Assembly (NCBI GenBank): GCA_030390025.1
Contig: CM059425.1
Span: forward strand, 175,276,001-175,340,000
DNA from: Squalus acanthias
Lineage: Eukaryota
DNA length: 64,000 nucleotides
Reading direction: 5' to 3'
Shown here piece by piece: positions 1 through 12,700 of this stretch. Both the position numbers and the translations under genes were made by a program. Position 1 is the first letter of the stretch; every line of letters starts with the position of its first letter. Under the pieces are notes generated by a model, which made no database searches, was not told where the DNA came from, and saw nothing but the letters and a program-made list of their open reading frames with translations.

Positions 1-675
1 AGTGCTGGGAGGATGATTTTAGGGTCTGGCTGGTTAGGGGGGAGGGAAAGGGGAGGAGAATTGATGAGTGAGGGGTGGATAATGCTGGGAAACTGACCAT
101 TTTTAAAAGTAGTCTATTTATAGCATTAAGTACTTTATTTAAAAAAACAAATTGCTAATTTGGTTTCGAGGGAGAGATGTAACTAGGAAAGATACAGGAG
201 ACATTGGAGTAGTGGGAAGGGGAACAGGTTGAATGGTGGAGGAAATAGGGTTGGAGCTGGAGGAGAAGACATTAAGTGTGGGGTTCACTGCGCCAACCCC
301 TTCACATTAGTTGCCCTTACTGCCACTGTGGCCCAACACCCCAACACTGGACTGTGCCCCAGCCACATCCCTCCCCACCTGCAACTTAAATCTTCTCTGC
401 AGCTCTGCCCATACTTTCTTCTGACCACTATTACAAAAAGTGAATGTACAGAACAGCAAAGACAAAGAAAGAGAAAAACCAAAGATAACACTGAGAAATA
501 GAAAAGAACAGAAGGGTAGAGAAACAGAAAAAGACAACAAGTCTACCAAAGAGAACAGAGACAGGCAAGACAGATGCGCTTTGATTTGGCGTGAGCAATA
601 TCATGGCAGGCTGCCTTGTTTGAAACCAATGATCCATTACCTATCTGTTATAAAAACAGTCCTTTCCACCTCCAG

Positions 676-2670
676 TGTAGTGGTAATGTCACTGGGCTAG
701 TAATCCAGAGGCCTGGACTAATGATCCAGAGACGTGAGTTCTTATCCCACCACGGCAGCTGGGGAATTTAAATTCAATTAATTAAATAAATCTGGAATAA
801 AAAGCTAGTATCAGTAATGGTAACCATGTCGTAAAAACCCATCTGGTTCACTAATGTCCTTTTTAGGGAATGAAATCTGCCGTCCTTACCTGATCTGGCC
901 TATATGTGACTCCAGACCCACAGCAATGCGATTGACTCTTAACTGCCCTCTGAAATGGCCTAGCAAGTCATTCAGTTGTAACAAACCACTACGAAACACA
1001 ATAATAAGAATGAAACTGGACGGACCACCCGGCATCGATCTCGGCACCGGCTACGGACACCCAGCCCAGTCGACCCTGCAAAGTCCTCCTCACCAATATC
1101 AAGAAACGGCTGAGCGCACTGGATACTGCAAAGGCTATGGGCCCTGACAACATTCCGGCTATAGTGCTGAAGACTTGTGCTCCAGAAATAACCACGCCTC
1201 TAGCCAAGCTGTTCCAGTACAGCTACAACGCTGGCATCTATCCGACAATGTGGAAAACTGCCCAGGTATGTCCTGTTCAAAAAAAGCAGAACAAATCCAA
1301 CCCGGCCAATTACCGCCCCATCAGTCTATTCTCAATCATCAGCAAAGTGATGGAAGGTGTCATTGACCATGCTATCAAGCAGCACTTACTCACCAAAAAC
1401 CTGTTCACTGATGCCCAGTTTGAGTTCCGCCAAGACCACTCTGCTCCCGTCCTCATTACAGCCTTGGTCCAAACATGGACAAAGGAGCTGAATTCCAGAG
1501 GTGAGGTAAGAGTGACTGCGCTTGACATCAAGGCAGCATTTGACCGAGTGTGGCATCAAGGAGCCCTAGTAAAACTGAAGTCAATGGGAATCGGGGAGTG
1601 GGGGGGGGAAATGCTCCACTGGTTGGAGTCATACCTAGCACAAAGGAAGATGGTTGTGGTGGTTGAAGTTCAATCATCACAGCCCCAGGACATCGCCCAA
1701 CCATCTTCAGCTGCTTCATCAATGACCTTCCCTCTAACATAAGGTCAGAAATGGGGATGTTTGCCGATGACTGCACAGCGTTCAGCGCCATTCACAACTC
1801 CTCAGATAATGAAGCAGTCCATGCCCGCATGCAACAAGACCTGGACGACGTTCAGGCTTGGGCTGATAAGTGGCAGGTAACATTCGCGCCACACAAGTGC
1901 CAGGCAATGACCACCTCCAACAAGCGAGAGTCTAACCACTTCCCCTTGACATTCAATGGCATTACCATCACCGAATCCCCCACCATCAACATCCTGGGGG
2001 GGGTCACCATTGACCAGAAACTTAACTGGACCAGCCCCATAAATACTGTGACAACAAGAGCAGGCCAGAGGCTAGGTATTCTGCGACGAGTGTCTCACTT
2101 CCTGACTCCCCAAAGCCTTTCCACCATTTACAAGGCACAAGTAAGGAGTGTGATGGAATACTCTTCACTTGCCTGGATGAGTGCAGCTCCAACAACACTC
2201 AAGAAGTTCGACACCATCCAGGACAAAGCAGCCCGCTTGATTGGCACCCCATCCACCACCTTAAACATTAACTCCCTCTACCACCGGCGTACCGTGACTG
2301 CAATGTGTACCATCTACAAGAGGCACTGCAGCAACTCGCCAAGGCTTCTTCGACAGCACCTCCCAAACCTGCGACCTCTTCCACCTAGAAGGATAACGGC
2401 AGCAGGCGCATGGGAACACCACCACCTGCAAGTTCCCCTCCAAGTCACACACCATCCTGACTTAGAAGTATAGTGCCGTTCCTTCATCGTCGCTGGGTCA
2501 AAATCCTGGGACTCACTACCTAACAGCACTCTGGGAGTACCTTCACCACAAGGACTGCAGTGGTTCAAGAAGGCGGCCCACCACCATCTTCTCGAGGGCA
2601 ATTAGGGATGGGAAATAAATACTCGCCTTGCCAGTGACGCCCACATCCCATAAACTAATATAAAAAAAAA
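676..2670 (+). mobile_element. tRNA-headed non-LTR retrotransposon (LINE, CR1/Jockey-group RT; 'family B' here), internally deleted copy
   Basis: A tRNA-like head (GTAGTGG...GAGTTCTTATCCC) joins at ~1093 to RT sequence (GPDNIP, NYRPISL, LDIKAAFDRV, MFADD). It ends in AATAAA and an A-rich tail at ~2650-2670. The endonuclease is missing and a 31-nt deletion removes the GVxQGSVxG motif relative to the copy at 29236. Confidence 0.9.
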
Positions 2671-3594
2671 TTCTTTACCTTCCCCACCAAACCCTTACCT
2701 CTCTTCCCTGCCAAATTTTTAAGTCCTTTCCTTACCAACACACCTCATTTGTTCCCTACCTACCAACCCACGTCCACCTCTTCTCCTACCCTACTGTGAC
2801 AAAAATGTATCTTTTGTCAATATTAAGTTTTTTGTTTAGGCTTCTTTATGCCTAGAAACAATATGCCAAGGGTTAATACAGTCACGCAGAATATTTCTCA
2901 AAGGAATAGCTCAGAGACCAGACAAGCCTTGCTATTGTTTACCTAGATATTAAGCATAACGAGCTGAACTCCATCTCATAGGAGTCCCCTTACAGGAGTG
3001 GCCGATAACTCTGAACTTGAGAAAATATTTAGCATAAAATCCTCAATGTGATGCCTACGAACTCACCTGTCCAACCTACCTCCTCCCAGGTTTCCCTCTA
3101 ACCATCCACCTTCACTTCTTCTCCTACCAACCCACCTTCAGCACCACTTCCTTCTGCACCCTCACTCATTAAGTTAGATCTCAGATGTCAAAACCTCCGA
3201 CATGGGCCTGGAATTTGAGTTTGTGGCCCACTCCAAATTTCCATGACCTGCACTCAGCCTACTGTGCCCTGTTTTTGGACCATTTTTTGCCTGTGAGGCC
3301 AGTCTTAAATTTGTTGTCCTGCCCTCTTTATATACATGTTTAACACTGAAAACTAGCTTTTAAGTTGGCAACGAGCTCTGGGAACGTAGTAATAAGTCCG
3401 CAGGGACAGGGGCAAGAGTGGGTCAGTGATGGGTGTATGAGATGGATGAATAATTCTTGGCCAGACTTTGAGGCCCCTTCTGTTGCCAGACCCCAAGCCG
3501 CCTTCCAGTGCCCCTAGACCATGAGAATCCTCAAGTATTCCAGACATATGCAATCTCTTTTCTCCCATCTCTTTCTCCCCCCACCCCCCATGTT

Positions 3595-4040
3595 TTCCTG
3601 CAGCCTTCAGCAGTATTCCCAAACTCAATTTCAGATCATAACCTCTGCCCCCATTTTGTCGGATGGCAGCTGTTGGTGATTCTGCTGTTTCCATTTGCAC
3701 CTCCTCTAAACCCATCTATTGTTTCTTTACTTGTCCCATTACCATCTCCTTTTGCCTTGCACCGTCATCCCTTTTGTCATTTAATTTCTCCTGCCACCCA
3801 CCCTATCACAGACCTTCCCTTTTGTTCTTTCCTCCTCTCTTTTTCCCCCCCTCCCTTTCCCAGCCTCAGTACTAGCTTAAAACCTGTAACATTTCTAACT
3901 TTTTCCAGTTCTGACGAAGGGTTATCGACCTGAAACGTTAACTCTGTTTCTCTCTCCACAGATGCTGCCTGACCTGCTGAGTATTTCCAGCATTTTCTAT
4001 TTTTATTTCAGATTTCCAGCATCTGCAGTATTTTGCTTTT
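3595..4040 (+). mobile_element. Penelope-like element 3' fragment / pseudo-LTR
   Basis: Remnant ORF end (QPS...NFRS*), a pyrimidine-rich UTR, a hammerhead core and the tail GATGCTGCCTGACCTGCTGAG. Homologous copies lie at 48020-48430 and 45553-45732. Confidence 0.75.
3907..3943 (+). ncRNA. Minimal type I hammerhead ribozyme motif (Penelope-associated)
   Basis: AGTT-CTGACGA-AGG(GTTATCGA)CCT-GAAA-CGT-T-AACT: conserved core, helix II, palindromic ACGT helix III and helix I AGTT/AACT. Confidence 0.7.
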
Positions 4041-5300
4041 GAAAGTATTAGGGAAGTTGGATAAGCTAAAGGAGGACGAATTGCTAGAAATGATGAGATA
4101 CATCTGAGTATCCTGTGGGAAATTGGAGAAGGAATAGCAGAGGCTAGAAGTTATGTTTCAGGGTTCTAATCTGTACTGGAGGATTGGATAGTTACCAATG
4201 TAATACCAATTTTCAAAAAGGGACACAGACCTAACTTGACTAATTACAGGTATTTTATATCTTTAATTAAAGATGAATTTACTAATTATTTAGATGAAGA
4301 GAAAATAATTAGAAACAGCCAACGTAGATATCAGAAAGGAAGATTGTGCTTGACAATCCTGATGGAGTTCTTTGAGGAGGTGCCAGATATAGTGGACGGG
4401 GTTTACATGGACTTTCCGAAAGCCTTTGACGAGATACCACGTAAGAGACTATTAGAGAAGATAAACATCATGGAATTAGAGTAGGGTAGGGTAGCAATAT
4501 GCATTAAATTTGGATTAAATAGAAGGGGGGAAAACAGACAGAGTTAAGAGTGGTTTCTCAAAGTGGTTAGAAGCTGCTGGTGCTGTCCCACAGGGTTCTG
4601 TTCTGGACTGCTTCTTTCACTGTATACATCAATGATGTGGATATAGGGCTAGAGGAGGTTGTGCCTGAATTTGCAGATGATACTAAAATAGGAAGCATAG
4701 TAAATAATTCTGAGGTCCAAAGGAAGCTGCAAGGGGATATTGATGAGATGGAATGGGCTACAAAATGATAGATGAATTAAATGTCAGGAAATGGGAGGTG
4801 GTACATTTTTTTGGGGGTGGGGGGGGGGGGGGTGGGGGTGGGGGTGCATGGAACCTAGGCGTTGTGGAAGAGTAGAAAGATTTGGAGTGCAGTTTCCCAA
4901 AACTTGAAAGGCAGCACCACATGTGGATAAGGTTGTAAAATAAGTTAATGGATTTTATGGTAAACAGTATAGAATATTAAAGTCGAGATACAATGGTGAA
5001 TCTATATAAAACATTACCAATACCACAGTTTTGGAGTATTGTATGCATTTTTGGGCTCCGCACTAGGAAGGACATTGAGGCAATAGAGAGGGTACATTGC
5101 AAATTTACCAGTATGCTGCCTGATATGAGGAAATGCAAATATGAGGAAAGACTTGAAAAATTGAAGGTCTTTTTGTTCGAGCAAAGGAGATTAAGGGGTG
5201 GTTTGATAAGTGTTCAGAATTATCAAGGGATGGGACAGAGTAGCTAGAAACCGATTGTTTCTAGTGCTTGAGGGGGTCTAGAAAGAGGGGACATAGATAG
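4041..5300 (+). mobile_element. Old degenerate CR1 LINE RT/3' fragment
   Basis: Remnants CLTILMEFFEEV, VYMDFPKAFD, FADDTKIG, YEERLEKL with many indels and stops. Confidence 0.85.
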
Positions 5301-5302
5301 AA

Positions 5303-6424
5303 GGGCCCTGAATTTGCGGTCAGTATGATGGCGTACTGTCAAATTACGCTGTCATACCGCCTTTGAAACTGACTGCAAGTTTGGGATTTCCGCATGTTCT
5401 TATGCATGCGCTATGATCTGTCAAGTTCTGACTGCACATAGGCTTCGCTGCGTCTTTCACCTCCTCATACAAATGAATGTGCTGGCAAAGTTGGGCTAAT
5501 TTCCCACCTACTGCGAGGTAATTACCCTGAAATTTTTTAGGTCTTTTGCAAACAGGTGCAGGAAGTCTGTTGCACACCGTAAGGGGACCGGATGAGGGAA
5601 TTGTGATAACAAAGATCTGTGACAGGACAATACTATAATGGGAAATTTGTTTTACGAGGTTATCTTAATGAAGTGTTTGTAAGCACACTGAATAAAGCAT
5701 TAACTGAATGGTTTGTAACTTTTTTTTAAAATTGAGAAGTTAATAATCAGAGTGTAAAGTAGGATGAGAGATTTGTATTGCCAGTATGTGTTATGAGGTG
5801 TGTAACAAGTGATGTTTGTGAATTTTAAATAAACATACTTTGTTCTAATGAGATGTACAATAACAGATTGTTACCATGAGAAGATTGCAGTTACAGAATT
5901 TATTATAATGGCAGCCTTTCAGTGTTACATTTTTTTACAATCATAGTTTGTGACAATGAATTTTTACATAACATAGTTTATAATAAGTGTTTATGATGAT
6001 TGTTATAATGAGAAGTTTGTAATAGCACAAATGGGCGCAATGAAAATTTTGCAATACAGTACTTTGTTTTAAAAGGTTTGTAATAAAAGTTTGAGAGAAT
6101 TATAGAATTTTTTTTGGAGTCACGTTGAATTAAATAGAAACTGAAATCTATCTATCTGTATAAAGGAGAGACCAGAAAGGTCCCCGGTATTCCTGTTGAG
6201 TTTACCCAGAATTTCACTTCGGGAATATTGGATTGGCAATTGGCTAAGAGTCGGGAAGTAAAGGCACCACCACCCCACTTGATCCCAGGTTCGCATATGC
6301 ACAATGGTGCGCTCCTGGGTTCCATGGGAAGTACAATGCGTGGAACTTTACAGCGTTTGAAAGGAAGTTCTCGCAGGGAGGAATCGCACGAGGTAGGTGT
6401 GGATTTCCTTGCGATGTCTGCGGT
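5303..6424. mobile_element. Non-autonomous DNA transposon (Harbinger-like end), truncated by the LINE at 6425
   Basis: Starts GGGCCCTGAATTT. Segments 5375-5560 and 6270-6420 are homologous, in reverse complement, to the insert at 19824-20570. Confidence 0.55.
5590..6100. repeat. Degenerate AT-rich minisatellite
   Basis: Recurring (A/G)GTTTGTAAT/TGAGAAG-like units about every 20-40 nt. Confidence 0.5.
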
Positions 6425-8311
6425 AATTGGCCGGATTGGATTTGTCCTGCTTTTTGTGGATAGGACATACCTGGGCAATTTTCCATGTTGTCTGGTAGAT
6501 ACCAGTGTTGTTGCTGTACTGGAACAGCTTGGCTAGAAGCGCGGCTAGTTCTGGAGCATAAGTCTTCAGCACGACAGCTGAGATGTTGTCGGGGCCGATA
6601 GCCTTTGCTGTATCCAGTGCACTCAGCCATTTCTCTATCATGTGGAGTGAATCGAATTGACTGAAGACTGGCTTCTGTGATGGTGGGGACCTCAGGAGGA
6701 GGCTGAGATGGATCATCCACTTGGCACTTCTGGCTGAAGATGGTTGCAAAAGCTTCAGCCTTGTCCTTTGCACTCGCATGCTGGGCTCTGCCACCTTTGA
6801 GGATGGGGATATCCACGGAGCCTCTTCCTCCCGTTAGTTGTTTAATTGTCCACCACCATTCACGACTGGATGTGGCAGGACTGCAGAGTTTTCATCTGAT
6901 CCGTTGATTATGGGATCGCTTAGCTCTGTCTATAGCATGCTGCTTCCGCTGTTTAGCATGCATATACTCCTGTGTTGCAGCTTCCCCAGGTTGGCACCTC
7001 ATTTTTAGGTATGCCATGTGCTGCTCCTGGCATGTTCTTCTGCACTCCTCATTGAACCCTGGTTTGATGGTAATGGTAGAGTGAGGGATATGCCGGGCCA
7101 TGAAGTTACAAATTGTGGTGGTATGCAATTCTGCTGCTGCTGATGGCCCACAGTGCCTCATGGATGCCCAGTTTTGAGCTGCTAGATCTGTTCTGAATCT
7201 ATCCCATTTAGCATGGTGGTAGTGCCACACAACATGATGGAGGGTGTCCTCAGTGTGAAGACGGGACTTCGTCTCCACAAGAACTGTGCGGTGGTCACTC
7301 CTACCAATACTGTCATGGACAGATGCATCTGCCAACAGGTAGATTGGTGAGGATGAGGTCAAGTATGGTTTTCCCCTCCTGTTGGTGTTCTCATCACCTG
7401 CTACAGGTCCAGTCTGGCAGCTATGTCCTTCAGGACTCTGCCAGCTCGGTCAGTAGTGGTGCTACTGAGCCAATCTTGGTGATTGGCCATTGAAGTCCCC
7501 CACCCAGAGTACATTCTGTGCCCTTATTACTCTGTGCTTCTTCCAAGTGATGTTAAACCTGGAGGAGTACTGATTCATCAGGTGAGGGAGGGTGGTAGGT
7601 GGTAATCAGCAGGAGGTTTCCTTTCCTATGCTTGACCTGAAGCCATGAGACTTCTTGGGGTCCAGAGTCAATGTTGAGGACTCTCAGGGCCACTCCCTCC
7701 CGACTGTATACCACTGTGCCGCCACTTCTGGTGGGTCTGTCCTACCGATGGGACAGGACATACCCAGGTATGGTGATGGAGGAGTCTGGAACATTAGCTG
7801 AAAGGTATGATTCTGTGTGTATGACTGTCAGGCCGTTGCTCGACTAATCTGTGGGACAGCTTTACCAATTTTGGCACAAGTCCCCAGATGTTAGTGAGGA
7901 GGACTTTGCAGGGTCGACTGGGCTGGGTGTGCCGTAGTTGTGTCTGAAACTGGTGCCTAGGTCGATGCCGGGTGGTCCATCCGGTTTTATTATTATTGTT
8001 TTCCGTAGTCGTTTGGTACAACTGAATGGCTTTCTGGGCCAATTCGGAGGGCAGTTAAGAGTCAACCACATTGCTGTGGGTCTGGAGTCAGACATAGGCC
8101 AAACCAGACAAGGATATTAGTGAACCAGATGGGTTTTTGCGACAGTTTCATAGTCACCATTACTAATACTAGCTTTTTATTCCAGTTTTAATTGATTAAC
8201 TGAATTTAAATTCCCCAGCTGCCGTGAAGGGATTTGATTTAGTGTCTCTGGATCATTAGTCCAGTCCTCTGGGTTACTAGTCCAGTCACCTAACCACTAT
8301 GTTACCATACC
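6425..8311 (-). mobile_element. Family B tRNA-headed LINE, 5' half (head + APE endonuclease + start of RT)
   Basis: The minus strand starts GGTATGGTAACATAGTGG. After ~430 nt it reads CKVLLTNIWGLVPKL...PD, then IGRSDHRTVLV (APE SDH motif), GPDNIS and NPANYR, where it is truncated. Confidence 0.9.
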
Positions 8312-8889
8312 TGAAGTGGGAGCAGCTCTGAGGAAATTCATCCCGTGGTATCATTTAAGAATAGGTTGAAGGAAAAGGGAATAAAGGGATGAGAACAGAA
8401 CAAGCACGTGGATTCTGAATGCAATTATAAAAATCATTTAAGAATACATACTATTGATTAATGCACTGTATTGATATATACATATATATCTATTAATTGC
8501 AAAATCGAGCATCATAAGTTTGTTACGTTGTTTAAATGTATTTTATGCTGATTAAGTAGAAGTGGGGGAAGTATTGAGGACTTTAAGTACAATAATGTGT
8601 TCTTACAATTTGTAGCACCTGTCTCTGACTTTTGAAATAGAAATTTGGCTTGATTACTTGAATAAATTCAGTCCATTTGTTTTACAATTTTGGCATATAA
8701 CTTACCTTTAGTAAAGTATAAATTGGATACCATGATCGGCTATAGTTGATTGGAGACTATATTATGCGTGACATTTGTCACTTCTAACAAAGCTGTTATT
8801 CAATAAGGTTGATTGTTTAACTCAGAAATAATGGTGAAAAAATTATTTTTCAAAATTTTACATTTTAACTCCCCATCTTCAACATAAAA

Positions 8890-9720
8890 TTGAAATTTGA
8901 TGACAGCACAAAGTGGTGTTTGCTAAACGATGAGGATAACTGCAAAAGACTTCCGGAGGACATAGACAAATTGGCAATGTGAACAGCCAGGTGGCAGATG
9001 CAACTTAATGCAGGCAAGTGTGATGTGAGCATTTTGGAAAAGAAAGTGAGGAATGGGAGCATATACTCAATGCAAAATGCTGAAGGTTGTGGAAGAACAG
9101 ACAGACCTGGGGTTGCGAATATGTCATTCCCTGGAAGTATGAGTGCAGGTAGATAGTCATTTAAAAAAAAAAAGTCCCAACAGTATTTTTAATTTTATAA
9201 AGTACAAGAGCAAAGAGGTTAATTTGAATGAAGGGCGAAACATTGTTTTGGCCACATTTAGAGTACAATGTGCAGTTTTGGGTGCCGTATTATGGAAAGA
9301 GCATTGTATAGTGTGGATTCACTAGGGTGTACCAAAGAGTTGAGAACCTGTTGTTATGGAAGAGACTTGATATAATTGGGTGTATTTCACTGGAGCAGAG
9401 AAAGCAGAGAGATTTAATAGAGGATTTAAAAATTATGAAATTTTTGATGAATAGGGAAAAATATTTTCTCTGGTTGGGGAGTTAGTGACGAGGGGTTATC
9501 AATTTAAAATTGTCATTTGAGTGTGAGCAGAGATTTTAGGAGAGAGCTGTTACAGCATGGAATGAAATACCACAGGACTGGCTGAGGCAGCCATCATTGC
9601 ATTTTTTAAGGGAAAATTGATCAATGTTTGAAGCAGAGGAAGATACCGGATCTACGGGGAGAGAATGGGGCTGTGGGATTAATTTTTGATAGCTGGCAAG
9701 TCTGATGAGTTGTAAAATTC
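8890..9720 (+). mobile_element. Old CR1 LINE 3' fragment
   Basis: Remnants of FADDTK, WQMQLNAGKC and LEYNVQF, plus a CR1-like 3' UTR. Confidence 0.75.
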
Positions 9721-11754
9721 TATGGTTCTTCCATCTGTTTGTGTCCTTAATGCTGGTGAACACCAATTAGAACCTACAACCATTGCAACTGAGCGGGTTG
9801 CTAGGCCTTGAGAAGTGGGATGATTTAGATTTGAAAAGCGAAACAGAAGATTCTTTTTGAGGCCATTTTTGGTCTGTTTTTCATTAATTTATCTTTTGTA
9901 AATTTTTATCTTACACTTGGGTTCTCAGGAACCTTTGTGTCAATTTTTTTTAATTCACAGCTCCATTACTGTCATCATTAGGTTTTCCAATGGGAATTAC
10001 CCTATCTGAGATGCTGGGATGAAGAAAGCCACCAAAGAGATGCCAGGCAGGTTGGGCTGCATGAGCAGTGCTCTGTGCCCACCTGTCAGTATCCGCATAC
10101 CTGTTTGGAAGATGATTGTGTGTAGAGGCTCAAACTCTTAAGATACATTTTGACAGCAGGCCTAATGGCACAGATACATGTGATGTCCTCACTAGCTATA
10201 ATGCTGGAGTGTTCTTAAGAAACATTCCCAATAAGAGCCTATCATGCATTATGCGATACTGAATGGAAAAAGGCATGTAAAAGTGATCTTCACTCAGCAA
10301 AACCTGATTGGCCAGATGTTCCAAGATGCCACCAACCACATTTGCAGGCATTGTTGAATCTACCTGGCAACAGCCATGTGGTAGTCTCTATGCAGGTTCT
10401 GGATCAGCCCAGAGCCAGATGCAGGGCTTTGCTATCTGTTGTAAGGATATCTGCTAACACGCACCATAAGACTGACACAGCTAGTGACCGACAATAAACT
10501 GCGATCTCCAGCTAGTACGCGGGAAATCCTTTCCTTTCATTTTTGTCTGTCACTTTTTGATTTCCTGCCCCTTCATCCTTGCCAAGGCTGCTAATGTGTA
10601 GAGATGCTTTTTGAGCCTTTCTAAAGGCATTCAAAATGTTTGTTCTCCCATTGACATTTTCCTTTAATTGTCCCCATTCCTTTAAATTTCATTGGATACA
10701 ATTTTCCACTCCAGGCACTAGTGGTCTTGATGCTCGTCTCCACCTTGATCTTTGAATAATTAGACTAATGAACTAACTTGAGATTTATTGTTATTAGCAC
10801 ATTACCATTCAGGCAGAAATAACCTTTTAGATATTACTTGCATCATAGAGCAAAAGTTGTCAATTAGATGGCTGAATGAGGGAGACTCTTGGAGGAAGGC
10901 TGCATGCTCCATTTTACAGGTCATTTCCCAAAATTAATGGGAGTGACTTTTTGGAATAGTTGGAGAGGATTCATATCGAGGAGTTTTTGATTCTAGAGGC
11001 GCAGAAACTTAAGTGTTTTCAAATATGCATTGTTTAATTTCCTTACTCTAACCAACAGAAATTTTCCAGAAACATGGTTACAGATGTTTTATAACCAAAT
11101 TTATGTATTTTGAAAGCTGGAAAGGATGGTCAACACTGGTTAGTGTGCTTGTTTGTAATAGCTTGTGCTGAGGCTGATACAAGTACAGGTTGAGCACTAT
11201 TGTGCACAGTTTTGATGAAAAGAAAACCCACAAATATTGGAAATTCTGTGCATAGTGCTTTAATTGGTATCCCATCTGAAAATTAGTGTGGTGTAATGTT
11301 AATGTTACAGGATAATGACAAAGAAATTTGACGTGTTAATTTTTTGCCAAAATTGCGGATCATTTTGCTGATTTGGTAATACCTCTAGATGGCAATCAGG
11401 AGCAGGGAACCCTGATTGGGGAGGGGAAAATCAATGGGGACAAATATGGCGCCCCTACTGTCGTCTGAGCTGGGATCAGTTAGCGCAGCACGGACTAGGA
11501 TTAAAACTGGGATGTCAATCTTGTTGTCTCAGCTACTCATTGCTTTAATCAGCTGAGTCATCAGGGGAATCTGCCACATAATTTAATAGTAGAGAGTATA
11601 ACCATTAAAAATCAACTAACTGATCACAAAATATTCACTAAATTTCATCACCATGGTCACATGACCAATACATTCAAACCCCTTTTATAAACTGAAAACC
11701 TTTAGGGGGGGGGGAAATCAAGAAATTAATTTAAATAAAATAAGAAATTAATTT

Positions 11755-12220
11755 GTGTCACCCAGTGGCTCAGTTGGTAGCACCCTCATCTGAGTCAGAA
11801 GGTTGTGGGTTCAAATCCCACTCCAGAGACTTGACCATAAAAATCTAGGCTGATACTCCAGTGCCGTACTGAGGGAGTGCTGCACTGTCGGAGGTGACTG
11901 TCTTTTCGGATGAGACTTTAAACCGAGGCCCCGTCTGTTCTCTCGGGTGAATGTAAAAGATCCCATAGCACTATTCGAAGAAGAGCAGGGGAGTTTTCCC
12001 CAGTGTCCTGGCCAATATTTATTCCTCAATCAACATCACTAAAACCAATTATCTGGTTATTATCACATTGCTGTTTGTGGGAGCTTGTTGTGTGCAAATT
12101 GGCTGCCACGTTTCCTACATTACAACAGTGACTACACTTCAAAAGTACTTCATTGGCTGTAAAGTGTTTTGGGACGTCTGGTGGTCATGAAAGGCACTAT
12201 ATAAATGCAAGTCTTTTTTT
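11755..12220 (+). mobile_element. tRNA-derived Deu-domain SINE (SacSINE1/AmnSINE1-like), full length
   Basis: A box TGGCTCAGTTGG, B box GGTTCAAATCC, Deu-like core (GGATGAGAC..AAACCGAGG...AAGATCCCAT.GCAC...GTCCTGGCCAA) and tail CTATATAAATGCAAGTCTTT. Confidence 0.85.
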
Positions 12221-12700
12221 ATCAGAGTAATTTGTACTCTCATCTATGGAATGCATTTCAATGATCTTGAAGCTGACCGTAATCAAGCTACCACACTCCA
12301 CTCCAAACACCATTTCCTTTAACCAGAGCTTGTTGTAAAAATTAGACATAGAGGCATGATGTTTTATTTTAGCTCATGACTTCAATGTAATAATCTCATT
12401 GCAAATTCTATTTCTGGCTCTTCAAATTCACCTATGAAGTTTATGCTCCAGATACTTGCTAAAAGAACAATGTTCCTAGGGGTAGGGGAGAAAATTGGCA
12501 GAAAAAGGAGGAAGGAAAAAGACCCAAAACTTTTTAAATATAATAAACTGTGATAAGCATGCTGGAATGCAAGAGTAACATCTTGTTATAGTTATTCTTG
12601 TATTTTTGGTATTTATGTTTCAGAACAATAGCAGTGAGATACAAAAGATCTTCCTGTAGGAATGGAAGAAATTATTAACAAGACCAATTAGAGCAGAAAA

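Noticed and set aside
11755..11830. Functional tRNA gene (also the heads at 676, 8311, 13122 and 18592)
   Set aside because: A/B boxes are present but continue into SINE or LINE bodies, without a proper acceptor stem or terminator.
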